Source: Longimicrobiales bacterium (lineage in GTDB: Bacteria > Gemmatimonadota > Gemmatimonadetes > Longimicrobiales > Gaopeijiaceae). From it: a stretch of 64,000 nt of DNA. This document shows positions 47,847-57,415 of the stretch, piece by piece. The notes beneath the pieces are model-generated. The model was not told the origin of the DNA. It ran no database searches and saw nothing but the letters and a program-made list of their open reading frames with translations. The stretch lies in NCBI GenBank assembly GCA_965226375.1, contig CBDDCX010000008.1, forward strand, positions 352,001 to 416,000. Reading direction: 5' to 3'. Each line of letters begins with the position of its first letter. The first letter of the stretch is position 1. The position numbers and the translations under genes were made by a program.

Positions 47847-49769
47847 ATGAGAGAGCCGATCTTCGCGCTCTCGCTCTTGGGCCTCGTCGCCTGGGTCGCT
47901 TGCGACCCGGGCGGCGGGGCCGTTTCGTTGTCGCCCGAGACGTGGCCCGCAGGTGAGCTAGATGCCTACCTAGAGCTCGAAAGTGCCCGTCAGCCGAGCC
48001 CACCAAGCGTCGAGGCGGACAACGTCATGGTGGCGGGGATCACCAGCGCGACCGCCGTGCGCGCCGGATACGAGGCCTTGGTACAGGGTGGGTCCGCGGT
48101 GGATGCGGTCATGACCACCACGCTCACCGAGATTGCGCTTACCACCGGGTCACCGGTCACACTGGCCGGCGAGATGGTGATGCTCTACTACGAGGCTGCC
48201 ACCTCGCGAGTCCACTCGATGAGCGCCACGTACAGTACGGTGCTCGAAGAGGACGACCCGCTCTCGATTCCACCCCAGGGCACGCCGAGCGGTCGGGCCA
48301 CCCTGGTGCCGGGCGTGGCGGCCGGCATCGGCGCCGCGCACGAGCGCTTCGGAGTGCTTCCGTGGGCGAGTCTCTTTACGCCGGCCATCTACTTTGCCGA
48401 GAACGGCTTTGAGGTCAACGCCCTCCGGGCAGCCCAGTTCGAGTCTCGGGGCCACGTCATCACGCGCTATCCCGAGGGCCGTGACATCTTCCAGAAGGAT
48501 GACGGCTCGCTCTATGTGGAGGGAGACTGGCTCACGCAGCCGGCCATGGCCGAGACGCTCAAGCAAATGGCTGCTCAGGGCACGGACTACTTCTACCGTG
48601 GTGAGTGGGCCGAGAGTCTGGTCGAAGCGGTGCAGGAGATCGAGGGCCGTCTGACCATGGAGGACATGGACCGCTACCAGGTGCTCTGGGCGGAGCCGGT
48701 CCACACCACATACCGCGACTTCGATCTGTACGGAGCCGCGCTCCCGAGCTTTGGGGGGATCCACACGGCCGAGGCGTTCAACCTCTTCGAGCTCGCGGAC
48801 CTTCCCGCTCGTGGGCATCCGACCTCGACGCCCGAGTCGCTCTACTGGCTCTTGCAGGTCGCCACCCTGCCGGCACTACTGAGTCCGCCGTTGGCCGGCA
48901 CCTTCCTTCCGGACGGCCTCGTGGATCGTTATCTGCCCGGTGTGGACGTGTCGCCTTCGGGACGGACCAGCAAGGCCACGGCGGCCGAGCTTTGGAACGC
49001 CATGCAGACAGACACCTGGGTCGAGGTGCACCAGGCGGTCGCAGAGGCGCGGGCAGTCGACGCCGCCACCATCGAGAGCCTGACCGACGGCTTCGGACGC
49101 CGTCGATCGTCGCAGGACGAGGACGATGAGAACGCCGACAACAACGATGCCGGGTCGGACGAGGGCAATGGGGCCGATGCCGCTGAATGGGATGAGGAGG
49201 GCCACCATACGGCTGGGATCATCGCCGTGGACGCGGCGGGCAACATGGCAGTGGTTCTACACTCCATCAACAGGCCCCTCTATGGAGAGACCGGGCTGTT
49301 CGTGGGGGGGATCACCGTCCCCGATGCGGCGGCCTTCCAGCAGGATCTCGTCCAACGCGTCGGTCCGGGGCAGCGCGTCCCCGAGTGGGACACGCCTACC
49401 ATCGTGCTGCGCGACGGCAGACCCTATCTGGGTAGCACCACGATCGGTGGAGCCTACCACGAGGTGAACATCCAGAACCTGATGAACGTGCTCGCCTTCG
49501 ACATGGATCCGGCCGAGGCGGCCGTCCAGCCGCGCATCCGCAAGAAGTGGCCCACATTCAACCCGCTCCGACAACCTTACGGGGCTCCCGGTGAGTACTC
49601 CCTCGAGATACTGGAGGCGGTGCGGGATATGGGGATGGACATCGTGCCCACGGAGCCGGGCACCCCTGCCTCGTTCGGAGGTGCGTGGGTAGGTGTGAGG
49701 ATCGATCCGGAAACGGGAGTTCTGCAGGGTGCCCGGACGCCCGGCACGGGTGCCATTATCGGAAACTAG
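47847..49769 (+). CDS. Gamma-glutamyltransferase-like Ntn hydrolase, lipoprotein
   Basis: GGSAVDA, VPG..HERFGVLPW..PAI..AENGF, QPAMAETL, FYRG, HTAGIIAVDAAGN, QPRI. Confidence 0.85.
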   Translation: MREPIFALSLLGLVAWVACDPGGGAVSLSPETWPAGELDAYLELESARQPSPPSVEADNVMVAGITSATAVRAGYEALVQGGSAVDAVMTTTLTEIALTTGSPVTLAGEMVMLYYEAATSRVHSMSATYSTVLEEDDPLSIPPQGTPSGRATLVPGVAAGIGAAHERFGVLPWASLFTPAIYFAENGFEVNALRAAQFESRGHVITRYPEGRDIFQKDDGSLYVEGDWLTQPAMAETLKQMAAQGTDYFYRGEWAESLVEAVQEIEGRLTMEDMDRYQVLWAEPVHTTYRDFDLYGAALPSFGGIHTAEAFNLFELADLPARGHPTSTPESLYWLLQVATLPALLSPPLAGTFLPDGLVDRYLPGVDVSPSGRTSKATAAELWNAMQTDTWVEVHQAVAEARAVDAATIESLTDGFGRRRSSQDEDDENADNNDAGSDEGNGADAAEWDEEGHHTAGIIAVDAAGNMAVVLHSINRPLYGETGLFVGGITVPDAAAFQQDLVQRVGPGQRVPEWDTPTIVLRDGRPYLGSTTIGGAYHEVNIQNLMNVLAFDMDPAEAAVQPRIRKKWPTFNPLRQPYGAPGEYSLEILEAVRDMGMDIVPTEPGTPASFGGAWVGVRIDPETGVLQGARTPGTGAIIGN

Positions 49770-49814
49770 ACGCCGGGCCGTCGATCCCTGCAGGTGAGCG
49801 ATCCATCCCGGCGT

Positions 49815-50480
49815 TCAGTCCGTCTTGTCCAGCAGCCGCAACAGCGAGGCTCGTGCCTCAGGCACGTCGAAGTCGTACGGTCCCTGACCTCGCCGGTAGT
49901 GGATCCGCCCTCCTTCCACGATGTATATCCTCTCGGGCCAGGCTGAGAACGCCTCGCACGCTGCGTCGTCCATGCCGTCCACCAGGGTGGGGATGCTGAG
50001 TCCCAGCCGTTGGGCACACTGACGAGCGGCGTCCCACCGCTCGCTGAATACGGTGTGCTGGGCGATCCGGATTCCGGCGGCCTCGTTCGAGTCCGTTTGC
50101 CACCCGTCTACGGAGTGGGCCTCCGCGATGTAGACGATGAAGAACCGGGCCCGATCACCCAGCTCCTCGTAGAGGGCTTGCAGGGCGCCAGCCTGGCGCC
50201 TGAAGGGCGGTCACGTGTAGCTCCCGAAGATGAGCATCACGGGCCGATCGTACTCGGCCGCGATGTCCACGGTGTCCGAGCCTGCTTTGTCCCCGTCGGC
50301 CAATACGGTCAGGGAGAACGCGGGCACGGGGTCGCCTACCTCCAGACGGTCGGGTCGTCGATACGCCACGAGCGTGCACCGAATAGCCTCTTGCTGTGCG
50401 GCGTCTCGTGCCTCGGTCAGCGAGGACTCGTCACGTGGCTCCACGAGATCTCGGTCTACCGGTTGGTCCATATGCTCCAC
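49815..50480 (-). CDS. Probable selenoprotein: iodothyronine deiodinase-like (thioredoxin fold)
   Basis: RPVMLIFGSYT-TGA(50211-50213)-PPF continues in frame for 131 codons through VYIAEAH, DGW, LVDGMDD, AWPERIY and GPY to TGA 49815-49817. Start is GTG 50480 or ATG 50471. Confidence 0.93.
50177..50210 (-). promoter_or_regulatory. Bacterial SECIS-like element
   Basis: mRNA: UGA-10 nt-GGCGCCA[GGC]UGGCGCC, extendable by CUUCA/UGCAAG. Confidence 0.75.
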
Positions 50481-50562
50481 TTAGCTATCCGAGCCGTTTC
50501 TTTTCCCGCTGAGGATATCGAGTACTATTGGTCCCAGGTCAACTCCTGAGAGTGAGTGAGTA

Positions 50563-51684
50563 TTGAGCGAATCGACGACTGTCGGCCTGCCAGAGGGGCG
50601 TCTGGTATCGTTGGACGTCTTCCGTGGACTCACCATGTTCGTGTTGATCGCCGAGAGCGCGCTCGTCTACGAGGCCCTCATGGACGTGGCTGCGCCGGGC
50701 TCTCTTCTCGAGGGCATCGTCCTTCAGTTCAACCACCACCCCTGGAACGGACTGCGCTTCTGGGATCTGGTTCAGCCTTTCTTCATGTTCATCGTGGGCG
50801 TGGCCATGGCGTTCTCGGTCTCCCGGAGGTGGTCGGCGGGCGATACCTGGGGCCAGACCTTCCGGCACGTCGCGGTTCGATGTCTGATTCTGCTCTGCCT
50901 CGGCGTGTCTCTGCATATCGGGTACGCCGGAGCCATGGTCTGGGAGTTCTGGAATGTTCTCAGTCAGCTCTCGGTCACGATTCTGGTCGCCTTCCTGCTC
51001 TTCAAGCTTCCGTTCCGTACGCAGCTCCTCATCTCGTTTGGACTGATCCTCCTCAGCGAGATCCTCTATCGCACGTTTCCGGTGGAGGGCTTCGACCAGC
51101 CCTTTGTCCAAGGGCAGAACTTCGGCGCCTGGGTGGACACTGTGCTCATGGGGAAGATCAATCCGAGTGGTTGGGTGGCTATCAACGCGCTTCCCACGGC
51201 GGCGCACACGATCTGGGGCGTGCTGGCGGGGAAGCTCCTGATGAGCGACCGTGCCGGTTCGGAGAAGCTGAAGTATCTGTTGATCGGCGGGCTGATCGGG
51301 CTTGGAGTCGGATACGGGCTGGACTGGACGGGGGTGACTCCGATCATCAAGCGTATCTGCACCAGCTCGTTCGTGATCGTGTCGGGCGGCTGGTGCCTTC
51401 TGACGCTCGCACTCCTGTACTGGCTTATGGATCTGAAGGGGCGCCGGTGGGGGACCAAACTGTTCGTTGTCGTGGGTATGAACCCGATCTTCATCTACAT
51501 GTTCGCCGAGACGCTGGGAGAGCAGTGGTTCAACGATTTCGTAGCCGTCTTCACGCACGGCATGTTGGGCTGGCTGGGCGCGGGAATTGGGACGATGGAG
51601 GTTGTCACGTCCTTGGTCGTGCTCGGGCTGATGACCTATCTGTGCTATTGGCTGTACCAGAGACGGATCTTCATACGAATCTGA
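50563..51684 (+). CDS. HGSNAT/NagX-like (DUF5009) membrane acyltransferase
   Basis: RLVSLDVFRG, HHPWNG..DLVQPFFMFIVG, PIIKRICTSSF, GMNPIFIY; TTG start. Confidence 0.88.
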   Translation: MSESTTVGLPEGRLVSLDVFRGLTMFVLIAESALVYEALMDVAAPGSLLEGIVLQFNHHPWNGLRFWDLVQPFFMFIVGVAMAFSVSRRWSAGDTWGQTFRHVAVRCLILLCLGVSLHIGYAGAMVWEFWNVLSQLSVTILVAFLLFKLPFRTQLLISFGLILLSEILYRTFPVEGFDQPFVQGQNFGAWVDTVLMGKINPSGWVAINALPTAAHTIWGVLAGKLLMSDRAGSEKLKYLLIGGLIGLGVGYGLDWTGVTPIIKRICTSSFVIVSGGWCLLTLALLYWLMDLKGRRWGTKLFVVVGMNPIFIYMFAETLGEQWFNDFVAVFTHGMLGWLGAGIGTMEVVTSLVVLGLMTYLCYWLYQRRIFIRI

Positions 51685-51757
51685 CGCCATCCGAACCACG
51701 CCGATCGACCCGTCCGAGGTCGGCGGCCCCAGACCACACTCCACACGATCCGGTGAT

Positions 51758-53167
51758 TTGAGCGCACAGAAGACGAAGACCTTTGATCGGTCCCTCGTGG
51801 AGGGGCCCATCCGCGGTGCCGTGTGGAAGCTCGCCTGGCCAACGATGCTGCAGAACGTCATCGGGGGCCTCCAGGGCATCGTCGATCACGCCATGGTCGG
51901 ACACTACGTGGGCTATACCGGGAACGCTGCGATCGGTGTTTCGTGGCAGATCTTCATAGTCGTGATGGTCTTCATCAGCTCCCTCTTCACAGGGATGGGT
52001 GTGCTGGTGGCGCGGTTCTCCGGTGCGAACCAGCCGGACAAGGTGGACCGGACCGTCTACCAGGCGTTCCTGACGTCGGTTTTCTTGGTCGTCGGGATTC
52101 TGGCCCCGATCGGATACGTGCTTGCGCCCTCGCTTCTGGGCATGGTCAACGCCGCGCCGGAAGTACAGGTGGAAGCGCTGCCCTACCTGCGGATTCTGTT
52201 CGTGTTCTCCTTCGGCATGCTGATGTTCTTCATGCTGGGTGGGGCGCTCCGGTCGGCGGGGGACGCGAAGACACCGCTTCGCCTGGGGGTCGTGCTCACC
52301 GTTCTGAACATCACACTCAACGTGATCCTGATCCGCGGCTTGGGTCCCATTCCTGCGTTCGGGACCAAGGGCGCGGCCATGGGCACGGTCATCGCGGGCG
52401 GCGTGATCAGTGTGTATGCGCTGATCCAGCTGTTCGGCGGAAAGTGGGTAGTGCACTTCCATCGAGGCATGAGCCTGCGGCCCGACTGGGGTATCATTCG
52501 GCAGCTCTTCCGGTTTGGGTTGCCTACCGGCATCCAGGGCATCGCCATGAATGTCGGTGGTGTCATTCTTCTGGGGTTCGTGGGATCGCTGGCCATGAGC
52601 GCCCAGGCTCAGGCCGCCTACGTGGTGACCTACACTCAGCTCTTCTCGTTCATCACGTGGACGTCGGTGGGCATCATGGGGGCCACGGCCGCGGTCGCGG
52701 GCCAGAACCTGGGCGCCGGCCGACCCGATCGGACGAGCAAGGCGGTGCACGTGGCGGCGGAGTTCGGTCTCATGCTGGCCGCCGCCATCGGCGCGACGTT
52801 TCTGGTCATCCCGACCTTGCTTCTCGGGATCTTCGGGATGGAGGACCCCGTGGTGGTAGAACTGGGCGTCCAGCTGCTCCGCTATCTGGCCGTATCGGGG
52901 CTCTTCGTCACCGTCGCCCTTGCGTTTACCGGCGGGCTCCAGGGCACGGGAGACACAAAGAGTCCTCTCTATATCTCCATCGTCTCCCAGATCGTGGTAC
53001 CCCTGGGGATATGCTTCACGATTCAAACGCTCTCGACCCTGGAACCAGGCGACATCTGGCTGGCGATCGTGATCGGCCACCTGACTCGCGCCACGCTGAG
53101 CGCCGTGGTGTTCAAGCGCGAGAAGTGGAAGCACATCGAGGTTGAGATCGACCCCGCGCGCGTATGA
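51758..53167 (+). CDS. MATE family efflux transporter
   Basis: KLAWP, DHAMVG, RSAGDAKTPL, GAAMGT, GQNLGAG, QGTGDTKSP. Confidence 0.93.
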   Translation: MSAQKTKTFDRSLVEGPIRGAVWKLAWPTMLQNVIGGLQGIVDHAMVGHYVGYTGNAAIGVSWQIFIVVMVFISSLFTGMGVLVARFSGANQPDKVDRTVYQAFLTSVFLVVGILAPIGYVLAPSLLGMVNAAPEVQVEALPYLRILFVFSFGMLMFFMLGGALRSAGDAKTPLRLGVVLTVLNITLNVILIRGLGPIPAFGTKGAAMGTVIAGGVISVYALIQLFGGKWVVHFHRGMSLRPDWGIIRQLFRFGLPTGIQGIAMNVGGVILLGFVGSLAMSAQAQAAYVVTYTQLFSFITWTSVGIMGATAAVAGQNLGAGRPDRTSKAVHVAAEFGLMLAAAIGATFLVIPTLLLGIFGMEDPVVVELGVQLLRYLAVSGLFVTVALAFTGGLQGTGDTKSPLYISIVSQIVVPLGICFTIQTLSTLEPGDIWLAIVIGHLTRATLSAVVFKREKWKHIEVEIDPARV

Positions 53168-53288
53168 AGGGCCTTCAACGGAAACCCCACCGACTCCATC
53201 CACGTAGGGCGGGACGAATCAGTCACTCGGCGTCTACTCGGGTCTCCCGAGGCCGAGGGATGTTCGTCATCTGAGTACAGGGACCGCC

Positions 53289-55718
53289 ATGGACTCGCTC
53301 CTGAAGGACTTCCGCTTTGCCGCCCGCATGCTCGTCAAGCAGCCTGCGCTCGCGCTCATCGCAATCGTCACGTTCGCCCTGGGCATCGGTCTCACGACCA
53401 CGGTGTTCAGCATCGTCAGCGGTGCGCTGTATCGTGGCCTTCCATTCGAGCAGTCGGACCGGATCGCGTGGGTGCATCGGAACAAGCCTTCTGAGAACCA
53501 AACCCAGATGGGCGTGACCGCTCCGGACTACTTCGATTGGCAAGCCCGTCAATCCGCGTTCGAGACCATGGCCGCCATGACCTTCAGTCCGGTCAATCTG
53601 GCTTTAGGTCAGGGACGACCCGAGCGCTTCGCGGGTGCCAGCTTTACGTCCGAGATGCTCGATGTTCTCAACGTCGCACCGATCTTGGGGCGCGGTTTCC
53701 GCCAAGGGGAGGACCGGCCGGGGGCGGAGCCGGTGATCTTGATCGGCTATGACTTGTGGCAGGACCGCTTTGACGGTTCGCGGGATGTTCTGGGAGAAAC
53801 TGTGCGTGCGAATGGGGTCACGCGGACCGTCGTCGGAGTCATGCCCGAGGGCTTCGCGTTCCCCCAGCAGGAGCAGGTGTGGTTACCGCTGGAGTTGGAC
53901 CCGTCGACCATCGACCGGGCCGACGAAACCACGTTCACCGTGGTCGGGAGGCTCAACCCGTCGACATCCGTCGACGAGGCCAAGGTGCAGATGGCGTCCA
54001 TCGCTTCGCTCCTTGCCGCGGAGTTCCCCGAGAGCAATGAGGGTATCGGCGCCGAGGTGAAACCCTACACCGAGCGCTTTTTGGGCCCCGAGATCTACGG
54101 GCTTCTATACACCATGCTCGGAGCGGCTTTGGGCGTGCTCATCATCGCGTGTGTAAACGTCACCAACCTGCTGCTGGCCCGCGCATCGGTGCGGACTCGT
54201 GAGGTGACGGTTCGGGCCGCTCTCGGTGCCGGCCCCGGCCGCTTGATTCAGCAGCTCCTGGTTGAAGTCATGCTCCTCGCCCTGGTCGGTGGCACCATCG
54301 GGGTCGGTATGGCGTACTTCGGCGTCGAGTGGTTTGCGAGGTCGTTGGAATCGAATCCACCACCCTTCTGGATGGTGTTCGAACTGGACCTTCCCGTGCT
54401 GATGTTCGTGGTCGCCATCACTTCATTGTCCGCCCTGGTATCGGGCCTGGTCCCGGCACTCCGGGCGACCAAGACGAACATCGTGGAAGGGCTCAAGGAC
54501 GAGGGGCGAGGCTCCTCGAGCCTGAGCGCGGGCAGGTTCACCAGCGGCTTGGTCATCGCCGAGGTGGCCGTGTCATGCGGGCTGCTGATCGCTGCGGGCC
54601 TCATGATCAGCAGCGTGGCGAAGCTCAAGACCGTAAAAATGCCGTTCGCCACGGACAACGTGTTCACCGCACGCATCAACCTGCCCCTGTCGGAGTATCC
54701 CGATACCGTGAGTCGACTGCAGTTCTATTCGGAGCTTCTGCCGAAGTTGGCGGGCATCCCCGGCGTGGAGGCGGCGACGCTCTCCGATGGGCTGCCCGCG
54801 TCCGGGAACGGGACTCGCGTCTTCCAGGTGGAAGGTGAGTCCTACCCTGCCGATACCGACTATCCGTTCGCCCGCGAGGGGATTGTGACTCCCGGATACT
54901 TCCGGACGTTCCAGACGGAGATACTGCAGGGTCGTGGCTTCAGCGTGAACGATCACACCGAAGCTCAACCGGTCGCGATCGCCAATCGGTCGTTTGTCCA
55001 GAGGTTTTTCCCCGACGGCGACCCGCTTGGTAAGAGGATCCGGATGGGCCGGGAGGACACCGACGCACAGTGGCTCACCGTGGTCGGAGTGGTGCACGAC
55101 CTGTCCATGGAGGGCTTTGGAAACGGCGATTCCAGCCCGGCTGGGTTCTACATCCCGATCGCTCAGAGTGGCGTAGGCAACTTCGTGAGCATCGCCGCTT
55201 ACACGGAGGGCCCACCCATGGCCAAGACCACGGCGGTCCGCGAGGCCGTCATGGCCGTCGATCCCAACTTGCCCATCTTCGACGTGATGGACATGCCGGG
55301 GGTGGTCGAGCGGTTCACGTGGTTCTATAGCGTGTTCGGCACGCTGTTCATGGCCTTTGGGGCAGCGGCGCTCTTCCTGGCGTCGGTGGGGCTCTACGGG
55401 GTCATGTCGTTCGCCGTGGCCCGGCGTACGCAGGAGATGGGCATTCGCATGGCGATGGGGGCCCAGGGCAGAGAGCTCGTGAAGCTGATGCTGAAGAAGG
55501 GGATCGTGCAGCTGGCGATCGGATTGATCATCGGCCTGGGCATCGCGGCTCTGGCCGCGGGTCCGCTCCAGTTCGTGCTGTTCGAGGTCGACGCACGCGA
55601 TCCATTCGTGTTCGGAGCGGTGGTGGCCACGTTGGGGGCCGTCGGAGTGCTGGCGAGTTTCATTCCGGCGCGGCGGGTGACGACGGTGGATCCGGTGACG
55701 GCGCTTACGCCGCAGTAG
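53289..55718 (+). CDS. ADOP-type (MacB/FtsX duplicated) ABC permease, intact
   Basis: 809 aa; FALGIGLTTTVFS, IACVNVTNLLLARA, RRTQEMGIRMAMGA, PARR..VDP. Confidence 0.92.
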   Translation: MDSLLKDFRFAARMLVKQPALALIAIVTFALGIGLTTTVFSIVSGALYRGLPFEQSDRIAWVHRNKPSENQTQMGVTAPDYFDWQARQSAFETMAAMTFSPVNLALGQGRPERFAGASFTSEMLDVLNVAPILGRGFRQGEDRPGAEPVILIGYDLWQDRFDGSRDVLGETVRANGVTRTVVGVMPEGFAFPQQEQVWLPLELDPSTIDRADETTFTVVGRLNPSTSVDEAKVQMASIASLLAAEFPESNEGIGAEVKPYTERFLGPEIYGLLYTMLGAALGVLIIACVNVTNLLLARASVRTREVTVRAALGAGPGRLIQQLLVEVMLLALVGGTIGVGMAYFGVEWFARSLESNPPPFWMVFELDLPVLMFVVAITSLSALVSGLVPALRATKTNIVEGLKDEGRGSSSLSAGRFTSGLVIAEVAVSCGLLIAAGLMISSVAKLKTVKMPFATDNVFTARINLPLSEYPDTVSRLQFYSELLPKLAGIPGVEAATLSDGLPASGNGTRVFQVEGESYPADTDYPFAREGIVTPGYFRTFQTEILQGRGFSVNDHTEAQPVAIANRSFVQRFFPDGDPLGKRIRMGREDTDAQWLTVVGVVHDLSMEGFGNGDSSPAGFYIPIAQSGVGNFVSIAAYTEGPPMAKTTAVREAVMAVDPNLPIFDVMDMPGVVERFTWFYSVFGTLFMAFGAAALFLASVGLYGVMSFAVARRTQEMGIRMAMGAQGRELVKLMLKKGIVQLAIGLIIGLGIAALAAGPLQFVLFEVDARDPFVFGAVVATLGAVGVLASFIPARRVTTVDPVTALTPQ

Positions 55719-55748
55719 TCGAGTCGACGAGGTCGGTCGGCGTCGGCC

Positions 55749-55915
55749 CTAGTGTGGTGTAGCAGAAGTCATGCTGCCATTCGGACGCGCCCGCATCCCG
55801 CATCTCTGCGTTGCTTCTCCTCGAAATAGCGGTGCTATTCCTCGTCGTCGCGCCTTGATCTGCGGGCGCGGACCGCGCCCTCGGTGACTACCAGACTTCT
55901 GCTACACCACACTAG
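55749..55915. mobile_element. MITE, 167 bp including terminal CTAG
   Basis: Perfect 22-bp inverted repeat ctagtgtggtgtagcagaagtc (55749-55770) / gacttctgctacaccacactag (55894-55915); non-coding, self-complementary interior. Confidence 0.85.
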
Positions 55916-56014
55916 CGGGCCGGCGCCCACCTGCTTGCGATAGCCCGGCCATCTCCGAAGGTTACCAGGGAATCCGTCCTTTGACGGAAGCGCAACCCGT
56001 TTCCGGAGGTTCTC

Positions 56015-57385
56015 ATGCGTGCCAGGCTTTCGGCTGCCACGATGCCACTCGTAGGTGTTGTCTCGCTGCTCGTCCTCGCCCCGACCGAGACGTCGGCCCA
56101 GTACGCCCCCGGCCGGCAGGGCAGCGACAACGTGGAGATCGTTGCACACGTGCCGCTGGCCGGAGCGCTGGCCGTCGCCGACATCGAGATCGAACAGGAC
56201 CTCGAGCGGCCCTATGCTTATGTGTCCCGGCGGCTTACTCCCGCGGGGTTCCAGATCATCGACCTATCTGCCCCTGAAGACGCCAAGATCATCTACTCGT
56301 GGTTTATCGAGAACGCCGAGTTGCATCGCGGGGACGCGCTCGACGGCAAGTACTTCAAGCTCGACGGGCGCTACTACTACGTGCAGTCCATGAGCTTCCG
56401 GCAGAGCGGGCCCGATCAGGATCTGGGCGCAGTAGTGTTCGACGTGACCGGACTTCCGGATCCATCGACGGTCCGGGAAGTGGGCCGTATCCGGGCCCCG
56501 GACACGCCGGGGGGATTCCACAACATCTACGCGTACAAGCACTCCACGGGCCGTGTGCTCCTCTTCGCCACGACCGAGTCGCCCCAATCGGTTCCCCACG
56601 GTGCGAACGTCTACGACATGGAGCTGTTCCTCCAGGGTGATCCGGACTACGGGCTCGTCTCTCGTATGCCGCTGCCCGAGCCCCGGGGGGCCGCGCGGGG
56701 CTATCACGACGCATATGTGGCCTACGACCCGGCGACCGGACAGGACAAGTTCTACGGTGGCGGTCCCGAGACCACGTACCAGGGCGGGAACTATGTCTGG
56801 GACGTCACCGACATCACGAACCCGCAGCTGCTCGTCACACAGATGGCCGTCATGGGTCAGCAGTCGGGTGGGCACACCTGGGTGGCCACGCCCGACCACC
56901 GGTACGCAATAAGCGAGATGACGTCACCGGCTCACGCCCCGCTTCGGTTCTACGATCTGAAGCCGGCTCTGGACGGTGATGTTGCGGTCATTCGCCAGCC
57001 CATCGGAGAGTGGACTGCCGACTGGAAAAAATCGTCTCACAACATGGAGATCCGCTGGCCTTATGTGTTCGTCTCGGCGTACGAGGACGGACTCCAGATC
57101 ATCAACATGAGAAATCCCGCCAAACCCCGGACGGTCGGCTTCTACGACACCTACGACGAGGACACCCCGTACACCGGCGGCGGTGTGGCGAACGGAGTGT
57201 TCGGAGTCGATGTGCGTAACGCCGACGGACTCATCGTCGTCAGCGACATGCACAGTGGGTTCTGGGCCTTCAGGATGGACGGCTTCAACGGTTGGAACGG
57301 AAACGACTGGGGCATGCCCAACATCTCCAGCGTGCAGGACTGGGACAATGGGCCGGAAGGCGTGAGGAACGTGGCTTTTCAGTAG
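56015..57385 (+). CDS. LVIVD-repeat beta-propeller protein (paralogue 4, most divergent)
   Basis: GGAGG RBS; GFHN, GYHD, GHT, SHNME; shared C-terminal GFNGWNG..GMPNISS.QDW. Confidence 0.85.
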   Translation: MRARLSAATMPLVGVVSLLVLAPTETSAQYAPGRQGSDNVEIVAHVPLAGALAVADIEIEQDLERPYAYVSRRLTPAGFQIIDLSAPEDAKIIYSWFIENAELHRGDALDGKYFKLDGRYYYVQSMSFRQSGPDQDLGAVVFDVTGLPDPSTVREVGRIRAPDTPGGFHNIYAYKHSTGRVLLFATTESPQSVPHGANVYDMELFLQGDPDYGLVSRMPLPEPRGAARGYHDAYVAYDPATGQDKFYGGGPETTYQGGNYVWDVTDITNPQLLVTQMAVMGQQSGGHTWVATPDHRYAISEMTSPAHAPLRFYDLKPALDGDVAVIRQPIGEWTADWKKSSHNMEIRWPYVFVSAYEDGLQIINMRNPAKPRTVGFYDTYDEDTPYTGGGVANGVFGVDVRNADGLIVVSDMHSGFWAFRMDGFNGWNGNDWGMPNISSVQDWDNGPEGVRNVAFQ

Positions 57386-57415
57386 TGGCTCGCTACAGCG
57401 GTTACGGGCAACAAG

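Noticed and set aside
49770..49814. Bidirectional terminator between the GGT-like and deiodinase-like genes
   Set aside because: 8-bp stem with a 29-nt loop and no U-tract; weak support.
55835..56149. 104-aa minus-strand ORF
   Set aside because: Runs through the MITE and antisense to LVIVD paralogue 4; no coding features.
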